Below, one piece after another: positions 11,821 through 25,193 of a stretch of 64,000 nucleotides of DNA. Location: the NCBI RefSeq assembly GCF_964355755.1, contig NC_092679.1:18025432-18089431 (forward strand), in the 5' to 3' direction. Under the pieces are notes generated by a model, which did not search any database, was not told the DNA's origin, and saw only the letters and a program-made list of their open reading frames with translations. The number at the start of each line of letters is the position of its first letter. Positions within the stretch are counted from its first letter, which is position 1. This stretch comes from Antedon mediterranea. Its lineage: Eukaryota; Animalia; Echinodermata. The translations under genes and the position numbers were made by a program.

Positions 11821-14130
11821 CAATGAACTTTTTTTTAAAGTTGAAATTAATACAGGTTTTTTGATTAATTATTTTTGTTCATCCATCCGTTATGGTTGTA
11901 ATTGCAATTAGTTCTTATCTTGTTGTTTTTGATTACCTGCCTCAGGTTGGATTTCATCAAGTAATTTAGTATTCATTGATTTCATCCTTATACAGATACA
12001 CAAATTAGAGTAATTGAGTTTATCTAGACTATTGGGTTTATCTAACTTTGTTAAAGATACTGAAGAAGGCTCTGAGTGCTGGAGACCCAGGATTTTTAAA
12101 TAGGAGGAAGAGGTTAAAGGGGGCCTAAAAAGTGAGATGAAATTTTGAACTATAACCTAATGTCCAATCTTTTGCGTTGTATTTAAGGTACGTGTATGTT
12201 GGACAATTTGGGTTGTATTTTTTGTCCAACCCACTGAAACCTGACTTCGGTCATTTGCTTGATATGCAGATGCACACAACAATGGGATTTTTATTTTCCT
12301 AATTCAATAGTACTGTTTAAAGCGCTAATTTGTTTACACACGCGCAAGAGATTAACAGTAAACTGTCATCGCAAAAGCTGTAACTCAGAAAAAATGTACC
12401 AATTTGAGTATGTTTGCTTATTTATTAATTGTAATAATAATAATATATGGACACGTTATCCAAATAAAAGTTGATTATTGTAGGTCTATAAAACTCCTCT
12501 TGAAAAATTCAAGGTTCAAAACATATTTGGCATAATATATTCAGTGTTGTTCTTGAGCCCAAGTACTTACTATGGTTATCACATATTTACTAGAAAAGCG
12601 AACATATGTACTGTACCATTGGCAGATTTCCAACAGTAACGAACACCCGTTAGATTATTGATTTATTCAAAAACATTTTCATTTAGAATATTTTACGAAT
12701 GTGACGCAAATACGTTGTATTTTGAATTGTAAATTATTGATTATTGAAAGCTGGTATATTTCTGTACAGAGCTCTTTAATGGCTTGATAATTTCAACGCT
12801 TTGACATCACTGTTACCATGGTAATACTAGTAACCAGGGGCATTTACATTATAGATAAGTTGATCGATATTACTGATGGACGTATATTGCAATTGTTAAT
12901 TAGTTTCAGCTCGAGAAATTATCATAGTATCATGTATTTTAAATTAATATAAATATTAATATTACACTTTTTACATTATTGTATTAAGGGATCATGTCAA
13001 AATGATTCTGCTGCAGTTACTGCAGTAACATGGATTTATTTAGATTGTTTCAAAGTGGAAGTTTATGAAGCAGTCACTGCAATAAAGTGATTATTCCAAA
13101 AAAGCTTGCTTGCTCTTTTAAAGAGTGAACAAAATGTAGGTACTGCAGTAACTGCAGTAAAATATTTTTAACATATTGGGCTCTAAAACCAGACTGCTAT
13201 TATGGTGCAAATATAATAGTGAATTAGTGTTTATGTCAAAATTGACACTTTGTGCAAAGAGTTGAATCCGGGACATTCACACGAAATGTGGGAATTAACT
13301 TTTGGAAGCCAGGTTGTATTTGGGGCCATGCAAGGTTTTAGTAGTAATAGTAACTTGGCTCCCTTTGGCTCATGTATAGCATCTTCATTACAGATCTTGG
13401 CATGGGGTCTAGAACAGGTTATTTACGTTGCCGAAACAAATAAATAAATCCTGTTAGGATATACTTCTAACTACAGTATTGACACTGGTTGCCAAATATC
13501 AAATACTAGCAAATAAATTTATTCATGATTTTAAATTTCTTGCCAAAATTTAGAGGCACATTCGGGATGTACAGTTAGCAAAACATACTTAGGGCCAACA
13601 AATAAGGTTTTCTGAAAATACTGTAGTACTAAGGCTGTTTTGTGATAAATTGTCACAAAAAATGCTTGTTCAACGTGATTTACTGTAATTCAAGCCTTAT
13701 TCATATTGGATTCTCCGGCATAGAAAATCTCAATACTTATGAATACCAAATAAGTTGCTAAGGGATAGTGTTAACGCAAGTTATATATTTTTACTTCATT
13801 GTAAGATTCTCAGACATGATACCTAATACGAACCGAGATGCTAACTTATATTTACATAGAAAATAAAGTCTAGTAGGCTGTATATGCATGTGTGCCTATA
13901 TCAAATGCAATGAATAAATTGGCTATTTACACTTCAGTCATGACCTAAAGGCACTTATTACTACTGTACATTTTTATGAAATAAAGTAAGGGCCTCATTC
14001 ACATTGCCTAGAAAAACTCTAGAGTTTGCCCATACTGCAGTGCACACCATACAAAACACTGGTGTTGATACTCCGGTTTTTCTGCTAGGTGATGATAGAG
14101 AGAGAGGTATTTAAGAGAGAGGTATAAGAG

Positions 14131-14390
14131 TGAATTCATTTTGAGAAATTGTTTAAATTTTTCATTTCATTTCATTTATGTTTTTTATCTACTGGAAAAC
14201 CAACATTGACATACTAACAAATAGGAAGACAATTAAAAGGTACCTAGATGTCTACTATATTGTAGTAGTAGTGAATTCATTTTGAGAAATTGTTTAAATC
14301 TTTTTTTTATCTTCTGGAAGACCAACATTGACATACTAACAAATATGAATACAATCAAAAGGTACCTAGATGTCTACTACTATATTGTCA
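14131..14390. repeat. Tandem duplication of a unit of about 140 bp
   Basis: gtgaattcattttgagaaattgtttaaat...ccaacattgacatactaacaaata...aggtacctagatgtctacta occurs twice in tandem. Confidence 0.8.
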
Positions 14391-16267
14391 TGCTAGTATT
14401 TCAATGTAAACACTAACTAAACTGTAGAGCCACACAATAGCAAGAATTTCAAGTGTCATAAATACTATTGTTAAACTTTTATTGTTCAAAGTCTGCTGCT
14501 GATTGGTTAAGAGTGATGGGGTGACACTGACATGAGGCCCTAGGGGAGATTTACCTTTAGTACCGACTTTTATGCTGGTTAAGTTAAATTACCCGATACA
14601 ATTATTCTAGATTATGTAAAGTGTTTTTGTTTGCTTTGTTTGTTTTTTTTTAACTTTTTTGCACTTAGAAGAACTTATTTAAAGTGCATATCTTGTATTG
14701 TTTTTCTTCTTGTTTATATCAGTCATCGCCATATTTATTGTTGTTTTATCTGGAGGTTCAAACCTAAAGTACAAATGTATATATATAGTGTAATATGTTG
14801 TGTGAAATAAAACTGAAACAGTAACAGAAAGCCCAGCTGTAGTCCAGTCCCATATTTGACAGCAAAATTATGAACTAGGCCTATTTTTTACATCTATTGA
14901 CACCATTTATGAAATAATCAATAACACTAAAACTTTTTCCCGAAACTGAACTTTCTTCAGAAGTAAGTTTTGAGGACCACAACCTCTCCTGAAACCAGAA
15001 TTTCCTAGGGTCTCAAAACCTGACTTAAAAAAATCAAGCACAAAGTTTGTATAAATTAAACATTGAATCAGTGTTCATTATATCAGAGGGGCAGAGAGTA
15101 ATAACACAATAAAATGTTATTTTGTATGGTTTCAAGAAAAGTAAGTATAGATTGACCATTGTCATAACACAGGTGTAATTAACTAATGTTGTATTGTGAG
15201 TGAATGAAGCCTTTTTAATTAAAACAAGTACAAGGTCCGCGATCCCTTGCAACAGTACTTGTTTAATCCCACCAGTGTGTCGGACATTTTGAGTGTGTCG
15301 CACATTTTGAATGTGGCGGACATTTTGAGTGACAATGGTTTTTGGCTCCAGACAAACCCCTTTTAAATGTTAGATCCCTATATTATATTCCATGTTTTGC
15401 ATCCAAGAAATTTACATAAAATGTGGGGATTAACTTTTTGGCAGGCCTGTATTATTATTATGTGGGCCTTATTGTTGTAGGTCTATTGTGAGTGAATGAA
15501 ACCTTTTCAATTTATAGGAAGTACAAGATGAAACCATATTTTTGGTTGTGTTTCTCATAATTTCCACATAAAACAGTTTAGTACTATAACAGTGATTCAT
15601 TTAGTCCCACCAGTGGATTGGACATTTTGGAGAATTAGACCCCCTTTTTTATGTCCACCCCCTGACATTACACAAACTACTTTTAAATGTCAATATATTT
15701 TTGCGCATTTCACATGTTTGTGGTGACTGGTTTGAGTATACATACATTGCCGTTTTTACCTTTACAAAACTATGGTATTGAGTACAGCAAAACTAACTGC
15801 TATGTAATGCTAAAAGTGTGTCAATTTCACACAAGCTAGACCCCATGCAACTTTGATGACATCATTTGTTGAAGTCTGGTTATTCTTTCAGTGTGTCCCC
15901 CCTCTCCAATTAATTTATAATATGCTGTCTTATCTCCAGCTGGTTTAAAATCTTTTGAACTTTACTCCATAAAGTTATAATTAACAATTATAAGTTATAT
16001 GGTTGATTGACGTCATATGGTTCACAGTATACCCATGATTTGTACATGTGATATCTAGTGCATGCTACTGTACTAAACACAATCAACTTTATATATTTAC
16101 TATCTCTATTTGAAGTTTGACCGTTTATTGTGTGATTGTCACTGTCCTTGAAAACCAGAGAAGAATAGATATAATGTAAACAAGTTTTATTTTTATATAT
16201 TTAATTTATAACTTTCAAATTTTACGGTGGAATCCCTTCTTTAGGACACACCTTATATTCATATTAA

Positions 16268-16509
16268 GGTAACACTTTCTTGCGCTATGCAATTTGTTTG
16301 GTAAATCAAATGATTTTTCTAATTTGTTTTACACACTATGAACCATTTCTTTAACAAAGTAAAAATAGCAAATTGTTATAAGGAATCATCAAAAAAATTT
16401 GATGGCGGCTATTTTTTGTTAAAGAAATGGTTTATATTGTGTAAAACAAATAAGAAAAATCATTTGATTTACCAAAAAAAAAATTGCGTATCACAAGGAA
16501 AGTGTTACC
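16268..16509. mobile_element. Foldback MITE with TTAA target duplication (Kolobok-like)
   Basis: ttaa|ggtaacactttc...gaaagtgttacc|ttaa, with inverted arms of about 100 bp. Confidence 0.8.
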
Positions 16510-17499
16510 TTAAACAAAAAATGTTTTTTTGCCTAATAATAATAATCTAATAATTTTAATGAATCTTTATTTAGGAATTCATTTAAATTTTTTTTTTTTT
16601 ACAGGAAAAAAACTTGGACTTCCTGTACTGGGAATTGCCAAGGCCACACCTACCAAGAAAATATATCCGGCAACTGCATGATTATGTTTGGTGGCAGAGG
16701 TGATATTGTAAAATAACACACTTTAAATGTGAATTATTCATTTAACACAAAATATATTTAAAATATATTAGACATTGTATTGATGAGACCTGCTTGTAAT
16801 AAACTTTACATTCAATCATCAGTTATACCTCCATGATTGAAGTTAGATGCAACTGCCTTTGAACCAGAAAAAGTATATCTTCTGAGAGAACTATAAATTA
16901 TACAATAAACTCGTTTTCACTACAGTAAGGAAAGTATTGTATGGTGGCCTGCTTATCAGTCATAGGCTCTTGGATTCAAATCCTGCCATTTTTTTATGGC
17001 CAATGTTGTCTCTCCTATCTTGTTTTTTATTGTACAAAATTTAAATATTCTGCCAAATGTAAATTTTACACTGTATGTTACAGATTTTAAATTAATTTAC
17101 TCTACAAGTTTATGAGTCTATTAAAAATGAAAGACCCCGGCCCTGAGAATACATTGATCATTATAATTACATAGTGCGTTGATAGATAATGCCTTTTTCA
17201 AATGTCGTCTGCAGCTGTAACCACGCCAACTATTACTAGCTTCTACAGAGTTATTGGATGTGTTGAATTACATTACAATGTAGTAGACCTCTATATACTG
17301 TATATATTTCTAAACCTGAGCTGCACTGACGAGATCTAAGAAGATCGAAACAGACTGTCTGTCGGTTTAGAATTAACTTTCAATGCCTAATGTGTTTATA
17401 AATATAAAAGTATCTCTCCGGAGATGCCGCTTCGTGAATAAAAATACTGATAGATGAGGGCGTATCAATTTGATCTCTGGTGCGCGTGCGTACAATTGA

Positions 17500-17765
17500 G
17501 GGACTAGTGCTGTTCCGTCATACCACGCCGAGAATGTTAAAGAATCGCTATCCAATTGAGTTTGAACAATACCATTAAAACCCCAGTAGACTAATGGTTA
17601 GGACATCTGCATATCAAGCAGAAAGTTCCGGGTTTGAGTCTCGGTTGGGGCGACTTTTTCTCATTCTCACAGATTTCCTCATCTTATCGTTTCAAATTAA
17701 TTAAATTTCAGTATATCACCGGGCGGTTTAGAATTACTGTTCTATGCCTGATGTGTATATATATA
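17500..17765 (+). mobile_element. Interspersed repeat with an internal tRNA-like segment and a (TA)n end; inverted copy at 46681-46907 plus 48520-48570
   Basis: gtagactaatggttaggacatctgc...ccgggtttgagtctcgg. The reverse complement matches the copy that the Kolobok-like element splits. Confidence 0.7.
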
Positions 17766-19410
17766 TACAGTATATAGGCTATAAATTAAATATCAAGAAA
17801 GAAATAGGTGAAATGACCTATGGTCGAAACTACTAGTGCAATAAATATTTTGAGGGAGAAACAAGAACTTTGTCTGTTTTATTTTTGTATATATAAATGA
17901 TATGGATTAGAGACCAAATGTGTTTGATTAGATTTTTGTCAGAAAATATTTGTAATAAATAATTGTGTGTGTTTTTAAATAATAAATGAAAATCAAACAT
18001 GAGATAGCAGTATTGTTTCCTTGTTTCCTGTGATTTATGAAACCAGATTAGATAGAATAAATATTTGATTTGGTTTATTATCTTAAATTGATAGTCATGC
18101 TATGATATCATGTTAAATGTGTACAGTATGAGAGTGATGTGACACTTTGTAATTGTTTTTTATTTGTTTTTGAGCAAACAAAATGTCTAAATGGAAGTAA
18201 TTTTCCACTGATGAATGAATTATTGAATTATATTTGGATAAACATTTTGACACATTTAAGATTCAATTTGTCACATAAATTTACAGGAAATTTATTTTCC
18301 AGATCCAAAAAAAAAAAAATGAAAAACAATTATACAGTAGTAATAACAAAAATCTATCAACACTTTATAAAAGCATACCATATGATCACTTCAATTTCAC
18401 TGATGACAAAACACTCAGGATTCCCCAACTAACCCCTAACCTCTATAAGAAAAAAAAAAGTGTAGTCCCCCAAAAATTCCAGCTAAGAACTATTTATGTT
18501 CTGTACTTAATTGCCTCCTGCTCCACACCCTTATTATTTTCACAGCTTTTTTCGAAAAAAGGGCTGAACTGATGACAGAGAGTGGGAGGAGAATTACAAA
18601 GTAACAAAGTCTATCCATACAACAACAGTAGTTGTGTCGCAGTCAGACATAAGATCAAAGGACTATCTTGGTTAGGCGAGCTCAGTGTACAATATTGCCT
18701 TGGTCTATCGGATTAGGCCAAGTTGAGCCGCCGACAAGTTGAGCCGCCACCAGAAAAACGTTATTTTTTATGGAACGCCAAATGCTAACTTTCGCCGATG
18801 CTCGTTCAATTTATATTAGGGATCGATGTACATTCAAAAGTTTATATATCATGGTTTTTAGTATATATATTATTAAATTTCTAATTTCCTTTTGAACGAT
18901 TTTGGATTAAATGTGAGTTAATCTGAAACCGAACTATTTGAATCATATTTATATTTTTATTTAGCATTGATAGTCGCGGTTGTCAGATATAGGCCGATGA
19001 TTTATGATAAATACTGTATTTTACTTTTGGGTACTACACCGGTGTTAACGATGGAAATTTCCACTCTTTCAATTTCTGCATGCTTAATATCATGCTTGAA
19101 TAATTATTCCGCCCATTTTGTCATGCTTGAGTGACTACCACTCGGATATCCAATCACATCCTTAATTCCATCTCTATTTAACCAATCAAGTTCATGAATT
19201 TCAATGAATGAATTTTTACAACTCGTCCATGGAATCTTTTTGGGAATTTGCGCCACATTTTGTGAACAGTCATTACGCTACTGACGTGTCTCCAGAGTGA
19301 GTAGGTGAACACTCGATACTGGTTAAAGTTGATTCATATTCACTCTTCTGATATAGATATTATATTGAATATATTAGTATTACATTTATATATTGTAATA
19401 CTGTTACATT

Positions 19411-20265
19411 ATGACTGGAGGGAACGCTAAATCGACAATTAAACCAAAACATACGCCTGTAAATGTTGAAGATGTGTTGTTGAATCAAGGTTTTGAGGTT
19501 GGCAAAACCATCGGCGAGGGTGCCTATTCCAAGGTCAAGGATGGCTGGTCTAATTTACACAATAAGCAGATAGCGATAAAGATAATCAGCCTAAAAGATG
19601 CACCCGGTAGGTACCAGGAAAAGTATCTTCCAAGAGAACTTGATATCATCCGAAGGGTGAAACATAAAAGAGTGGTTGAAGTGTTGTCGGTTATTGAATG
19701 TGAGGCGCATGTTTATATTGTGATGGAAAAAGCAGTGCATGGTGATCTGCTTGGACGCATTGAACTTTTTGGCACTGAGACGGAAAAGGGAGCAATGAGA
19801 TTCTTCAAGGAAATTATTGAGGTGTTAGAATACTTCCACGAAGAGGGGATAGCTCACAGAGATTTAAAATGTGAAAATATACTTCTCGACCAGAATAACC
19901 ATGTAAAATTGTCAGACTTTACCTTTGCTAGAGATTTTGTATCTGGCGATAAGTGCAGTACTTTCTGCGGGACATTAGAATACATTGCTCCTGAGGTGCT
20001 ACGAGAAGACGAGTACGACCCAAAGATTGCAGATATTTGGAGTCTGGGTGTGATTTTGTACTTATTGTTGGTTGGTAAAGGTCCGTTCAATACCGAGAGT
20101 ATACCAAAGTTATTAAAAGAACAAACTGAAGAAGTAACATTTCCAGAAACGTGCAATTTGTCCAAAGAAGTGAAAGACTTGATAAAATCAATGTTGACAG
20201 TGGATGTTGAAAAGCGGGCAACTCTTACAGACATTCTCAATTCTGATTGGATGAACCATTTATGA
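19411..20265 (+). CDS. TSSK: Testis-specific serine/threonine kinase (TSSK family, CAMK group), intronless CDS
   Basis: GKTIGEGAYSKVK, AIKII, KYLPRELDI, HRDLKCENILL (TSSK hallmark), STFCG..YIAPE, DIWSLGVILY. DFG is replaced by DFT. Confidence 0.88.
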   Translation: MTGGNAKSTIKPKHTPVNVEDVLLNQGFEVGKTIGEGAYSKVKDGWSNLHNKQIAIKIISLKDAPGRYQEKYLPRELDIIRRVKHKRVVEVLSVIECEAHVYIVMEKAVHGDLLGRIELFGTETEKGAMRFFKEIIEVLEYFHEEGIAHRDLKCENILLDQNNHVKLSDFTFARDFVSGDKCSTFCGTLEYIAPEVLREDEYDPKIADIWSLGVILYLLLVGKGPFNTESIPKLLKEQTEEVTFPETCNLSKEVKDLIKSMLTVDVEKRATLTDILNSDWMNHL

Positions 20266-20817
20266 TAATTGTTTTAAACAAAAATCCTTGCCAGTACCAT
20301 AGGGCCTAGCTAGTAATAGTACTACCACAGGTAGTAAGAAGCCCATTCAAACGTTAAATTGTTTTTTAAAAAAAGGGGTGGAGATGCGGGGCTTAATATT
20401 TAAACAAACACAATTAAGTACTAGGCCTATCTACAGTAAATAAATAACACAACATGCATGGATGCATGAAAATTGTTAATTTAAGGGTAGGCTTTAATTA
20501 TCTGTGGGTTTATCATGGATAATTGATAACAATATTCACATTTTAATAAATAATTATATTTATAAATATTTTATTTATGCACAAACTCACCTGGTATAAT
20601 TTGTGCAATACTGCCAGGGTTACTTTTGAAAACTTTATCCAATCACCAGAGGCGATTTAAAAATGACACTACTAGGCCTACTACAACTAGGCGAAGTATT
20701 GATAACAAAACACAATCAATTAAACTAAATATTTATTTTTCTATTTTGAGACTATTTGAACATATGGGGGTTGATGCTATATATTCCCATTATTGCTGTT
20801 ATTAATACATACTGTAC

Positions 20818-20991
20818 AGGGAATAATTTCGCCAGTGTAGCATAGCAAAAAGCTATACAAAACAACCTTATTGCTACACATTTCGCAAATTGTGTAGCAA
20901 AAAATGCAATACAAAACTATGTTTCTCGACTCAACAATCAGTTTGATTAGCAATTTTGCTAAACAAAATTTTTTAATGAAATTTTTCCCTG
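20818..20991. mobile_element. MITE family with cagggaa(a/t)aatttc TIRs; other copies at 24263-24418 (inverted) and about 34436-34605
   Basis: Three near-identical copies share gccagtgtagcatagca.aaagctatac...gattagcaattttgctaaacaaaattt...gaaatttttccctg. Confidence 0.8.
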
Positions 20992-21982
20992 CTGTACTGT
21001 ATTATTTTAAACATTAAAACCTTAATTTACTGTCAAACATAACTTACAGTTGAAGTATATGATATTAATTATTAATATCTAATAGAAGATGCAATTGTAA
21101 ATTTTAAAGGGTAAACATCTATGCATTTTATTTTATGTTTAAACAAATCATAACTTATATTTTTAAAATACTACTTAAATTATAGAGAAAAACACTCGCA
21201 GCACAATGGTTATATTAACCGTGGGTGTTTGGTTGTATTATTTACTAATATGAAATATTGTGAAGTTATTATTTTTCATCTATGAAGAAGGATGAATAAA
21301 GTTTGAAACTCAAAATTAAATTGTGCACGTATTATGCATTGTTTTATTATTGTATTGACTTGTTAAAAGTTGGTGTGAAATTGTATGAAGAGAAATAATT
21401 GTTAGAGATGTTTGCTGTTTTAATTTGCTGGATTCAAGATTTTTTTGAATGACACATAATTCGAGCCATCGATAGAGGGTGGTAGTAGGCATCAGTTAAA
21501 AAACGTCACGAAGAAAAGTTTACCCTAGCGCCCTCTTTTTTGTACAACAGCTTAGCAGACGACAAAGTTGGGGATAAACGATAGAGGGTGGTAGACAAGA
21601 ATTAAGCAACGTCACTGGAGAAGTCATCAGATGTTTTATTAATGTAATGTCCTTCATTGAATTTACATTTCTGCTTTTTTAAACGTAAGGATAGTTGCTT
21701 TTTAATTCTATGTGTGCTACCACTGGTGCAAAAATGAAAGTCAATAAATATATTTATTAATATGATCGTCAATATTTCTATCATAGCGCCCTCTTATTTT
21801 GTATTACTTGAAAAACAAACAAGAGAAGCAGACGACAAAATGGTGGACACCATGTATCGTTGTTGTGCGATCTTGTCAAACGTTTTTATCTTGTTTTAAG
21901 GCTTTTTATTGAAATATTGACAACAAAAATAATATATAACTAATCTGAATATATTATTACTCATGAATGGTCAAGTCTGGTT

Positions 21983-23957
21983 ATGTCTAATAATATCCTT
22001 AATGCACACGGGAGAAAAATAAATGTGCTCCCGAAAAACTCATTTCACCGAGATAAACAACAGTTTGATAGGCCTACAGTTACACCTCAGCGAAGAAGTG
22101 GCGACGGATGCCGTTGGTCAGGAGTATGTGAGCCTGTGAAATTCGTGGACCTTAGTCAGTCGATTTTCAATCCATGTTTGATCATGTCGCTTGTAATATG
22201 TTTTTTGTGTGCAGCATATTTGTTATCTGATTTGTTTTTATTAAAAAAGGTAGGCATACTTATTACTAAGCAACTACATACGGAAGAACTTAATATTATT
22301 CATTATTAATGATTGTCAAATTGTACATTGGGGTGTATTTCCCTAGTTCCATGGCCAGTCTGATAGCTTATTCATAAATCATAGCATAGCATATGCGCAA
22401 ACTCAATTCTTACATATTATATAAGTCACTACCATGCCAATGGTGTCTTAAGAATGATATTGTCTCATATAACAGTAGTAAAAAAAGTAATGAAAAAGTG
22501 TTTGTGGATTGTAATTTGATTAAAGATGCGATAAGTTTTATACAGCATTATGTGCTATTCATCATCATGAACAATGTACTGTACTATATACCATGGAGAA
22601 ATTAGCTCAATGAAAAACATATACTTCCAGAATTATACACTGTGGTATGTAATAATTCTTTTTATTTCATTACAGACTTTTGTAATTTTCTACTATCTAC
22701 CAGCAGTTCTACTCACTATATCCTCATTATACATTGTATATGTGCTGTGTTTTAAGGTTAAAAATGGTAAGTATTTTGCAAATGAGGAAGAAAATGACCC
22801 TTTTGACTGCAAAACAACTCCTATCCTAAACATTAAATGTGTTCATTCCTTTTTTCAGAAACTATTATTTTAATACCATCGTTTGGAATTCAGTTAGAGA
22901 GGTGCTATGCATTTGGTAGAATTTCAACTCAATTTATTCCGTATGATACTGTTAAAGATGTTGTAATTAATGAAGCCATATCTATGGTAAGACCATTATT
23001 AATTCAATGTGAATCTTTTTTATAAACCAGTTGAAATAAAAATATAACTTGGATTAAAAAAAAAAATCTTAATTCATAAACTGTGGCAGATCCAATATTT
23101 TGAAGTAGGAGGAGGGGATAGGGCCTAAAAAGTGTAAAGTTGTAATGCTGAACTTAATCCAATTTCCTATCTTTTGCATCCAAATTTTTTAATTCAGAAG
23201 GGTCTGGGCCGGTTAGGAAAAACTACATTTTAAACCTGCCATTGGGTAGGTTAGGTATCTTTCCGATTATTAAATAATTTCTATTTTCTTTTATAGTACA
23301 AAGTCATTTACTACTTAGTTATACTTGTTAAGTACTCACCTGTTGAAGACTTATCTGTTATACCACTTTTTACTGTAAGTATAATCAGGGAAGAGTTAAA
23401 TTAAATAATTAATGTAATTTAACTCTTTCCTGGTATAATATAAATATCTGGATACAACATCTAATTAAATAATAATACAGTATATGGTATTTTTAAGGCT
23501 CCCTTCCAAAAAATTGACATACCTCAAATACATAAACAGTGGTGTGACAAACAGGGCAAAGGCCCCTAGTTTAGCACTCCTAAGGGGTCCCTCTAATACT
23601 GGGTAGTTGCATTGGACTGCTCATGCTCTGGGGCCCTTGAACTCTAGGGCCCCTGGGTTTAGCCAGTGTGAGCGCTCATAGATGTTACGCCACTGTACTG
23701 TACATAAAATGATAAATATGGCTTAAAAAAACCCAATAAAGCGTTGCCTGATGATTTATCATGATCAATTTGAGAGTTAACAACCTGTGTACAAAGACAA
23801 CACTGTGTCATTCCTTATAATATTATGACAACTCTTTCTCATTTTCTGTGTGGTTTTTATCTTGCAGAATTGCTGGCCTAGGCTAGACACCTTATGTGAA
23901 ATTTACAATATATGTCAGGAAGGGTTACTAACCTACCAACAAGAAAATACGGATTGA
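21983..23957 (+). CDS. PIGH: Phosphatidylinositol N-acetylglucosaminyltransferase subunit H (GPI anchor biosynthesis), 5 exons
   Basis: Exons 21983-22249, 22676-22766, 22859-22986, 23297-23374 and 23868-23957 are all GT-AG and in frame. Two hydrophobic segments precede ETIILIPSFGIQL..VKDVVINEAISM|YKVIYYLVILVK..VIPLFT|NCWPRLDTLCEIYNICQE, matching PIG-H (ETLLIIDSLGIQ..VKDIVINEAIYMQKVIYYL..PRLDCLIEVYRSCQE). The start codon is less certain. Confidence 0.88.
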
Positions 23958-25193
23958 AGCCGTTTTTATATTTACTACATCTATTTTTATAATTTGTTCA
24001 TGCGTTGAACTGTACATATTTTTTAATTTTACAGTTATTTTATATCATTTATTTTTTTAATGTATAGTTTGTATTTTTGTATGAATACACTGTATTTTAC
24101 ATTGTTTTTAGGTGATGTCAATCGATAAGTTTTTATCGCAGATAGAGATGTCAATTATCTCATACCCTATTAATACGTTGTTACCCCAATTCCTTCCCAC
24201 CAAGGACAATTTCTCGTAAAATCAAGCTATCTGCGATAAACCTTATGGCCTTCAGACCACTACAGGGAAAAATTTCATTTGAAAATTTTGTTTAGCAAAA
24301 TTGCTAATCAAACTGATTTTTTAGTCAAGAAACATAGTTTTGTATTGTATTTTTTGCTACACAATTGTAGAAATGTGTATAGCTTTTTGCTATGCTACAC
24401 TGGCGAAATTATTCCCTGCACTAGCTTTGAAAGGAAAACAATAAACAATATGCCTCCATAGATAAATTAATACTACTGTTGTATAAATTGTATTAAATAA
24501 AAACCACACACAATAGTACAATAAAATTGTCATGTTTTATTTTCATTTATATTTGCTTTAATAACTTTGAAATCGAATATTAATAATACTAATAGAATAT
24601 TTAGAAGTTTTCAGAAAATAAACATCTGGCAAATATTATCGCTTTTGGTTCAGTCAAGGACCATTGTAGCAAGTACAATAACTATACAAAAATATAATAA
24701 ATACTGTATGTTATAAAAAACTGTGACATTCACAAATTCTAAAATCCAGTAGAATAAAAGGATTACCTAGTGATATGCAACTGTTTATAAAATCTCACAT
24801 CTTATCAAAGTGTAAAAATGGTAAAGACAAAAACAAAATCTAAAACCCTCTTCTGAATGACATACAGTAGTGTAAAATATTACAGTAGAACCAATGCCCC
24901 CCCCCCCTCTCCTTTTGGGGAACCCCTTTTCACAGGACACCCCTAGTAAGTGGCAGTGTATTGATAGTATGTTTTTATGCTGATCAAGAACACTGGGTAC
25001 CAACTCATTCACTCTCAATTGTATTCCCATGGGATTAGTGTATCTTCACCTATGACATTACATGTACAGTACCACATGTGTTGCCTGTATTATATATAAA
25101 TAGGCTTATAACTTATGATACAGGCATCATATGTGATCATACCAAATAATGTTAAAATGTATTCTCTTGATGCAGCAAATATTGCCATTATTT

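Noticed and set aside
12812-12826. RFX X-box-like palindrome gttaccatggtaat
   Set aside because: About 15 kb from the ciliary gene NPHP1 and in repeat-like sequence, with no supported target.
19854-20240. 128-aa ORF antisense to the kinase
   Set aside because: Shadow ORF with no independent motifs.
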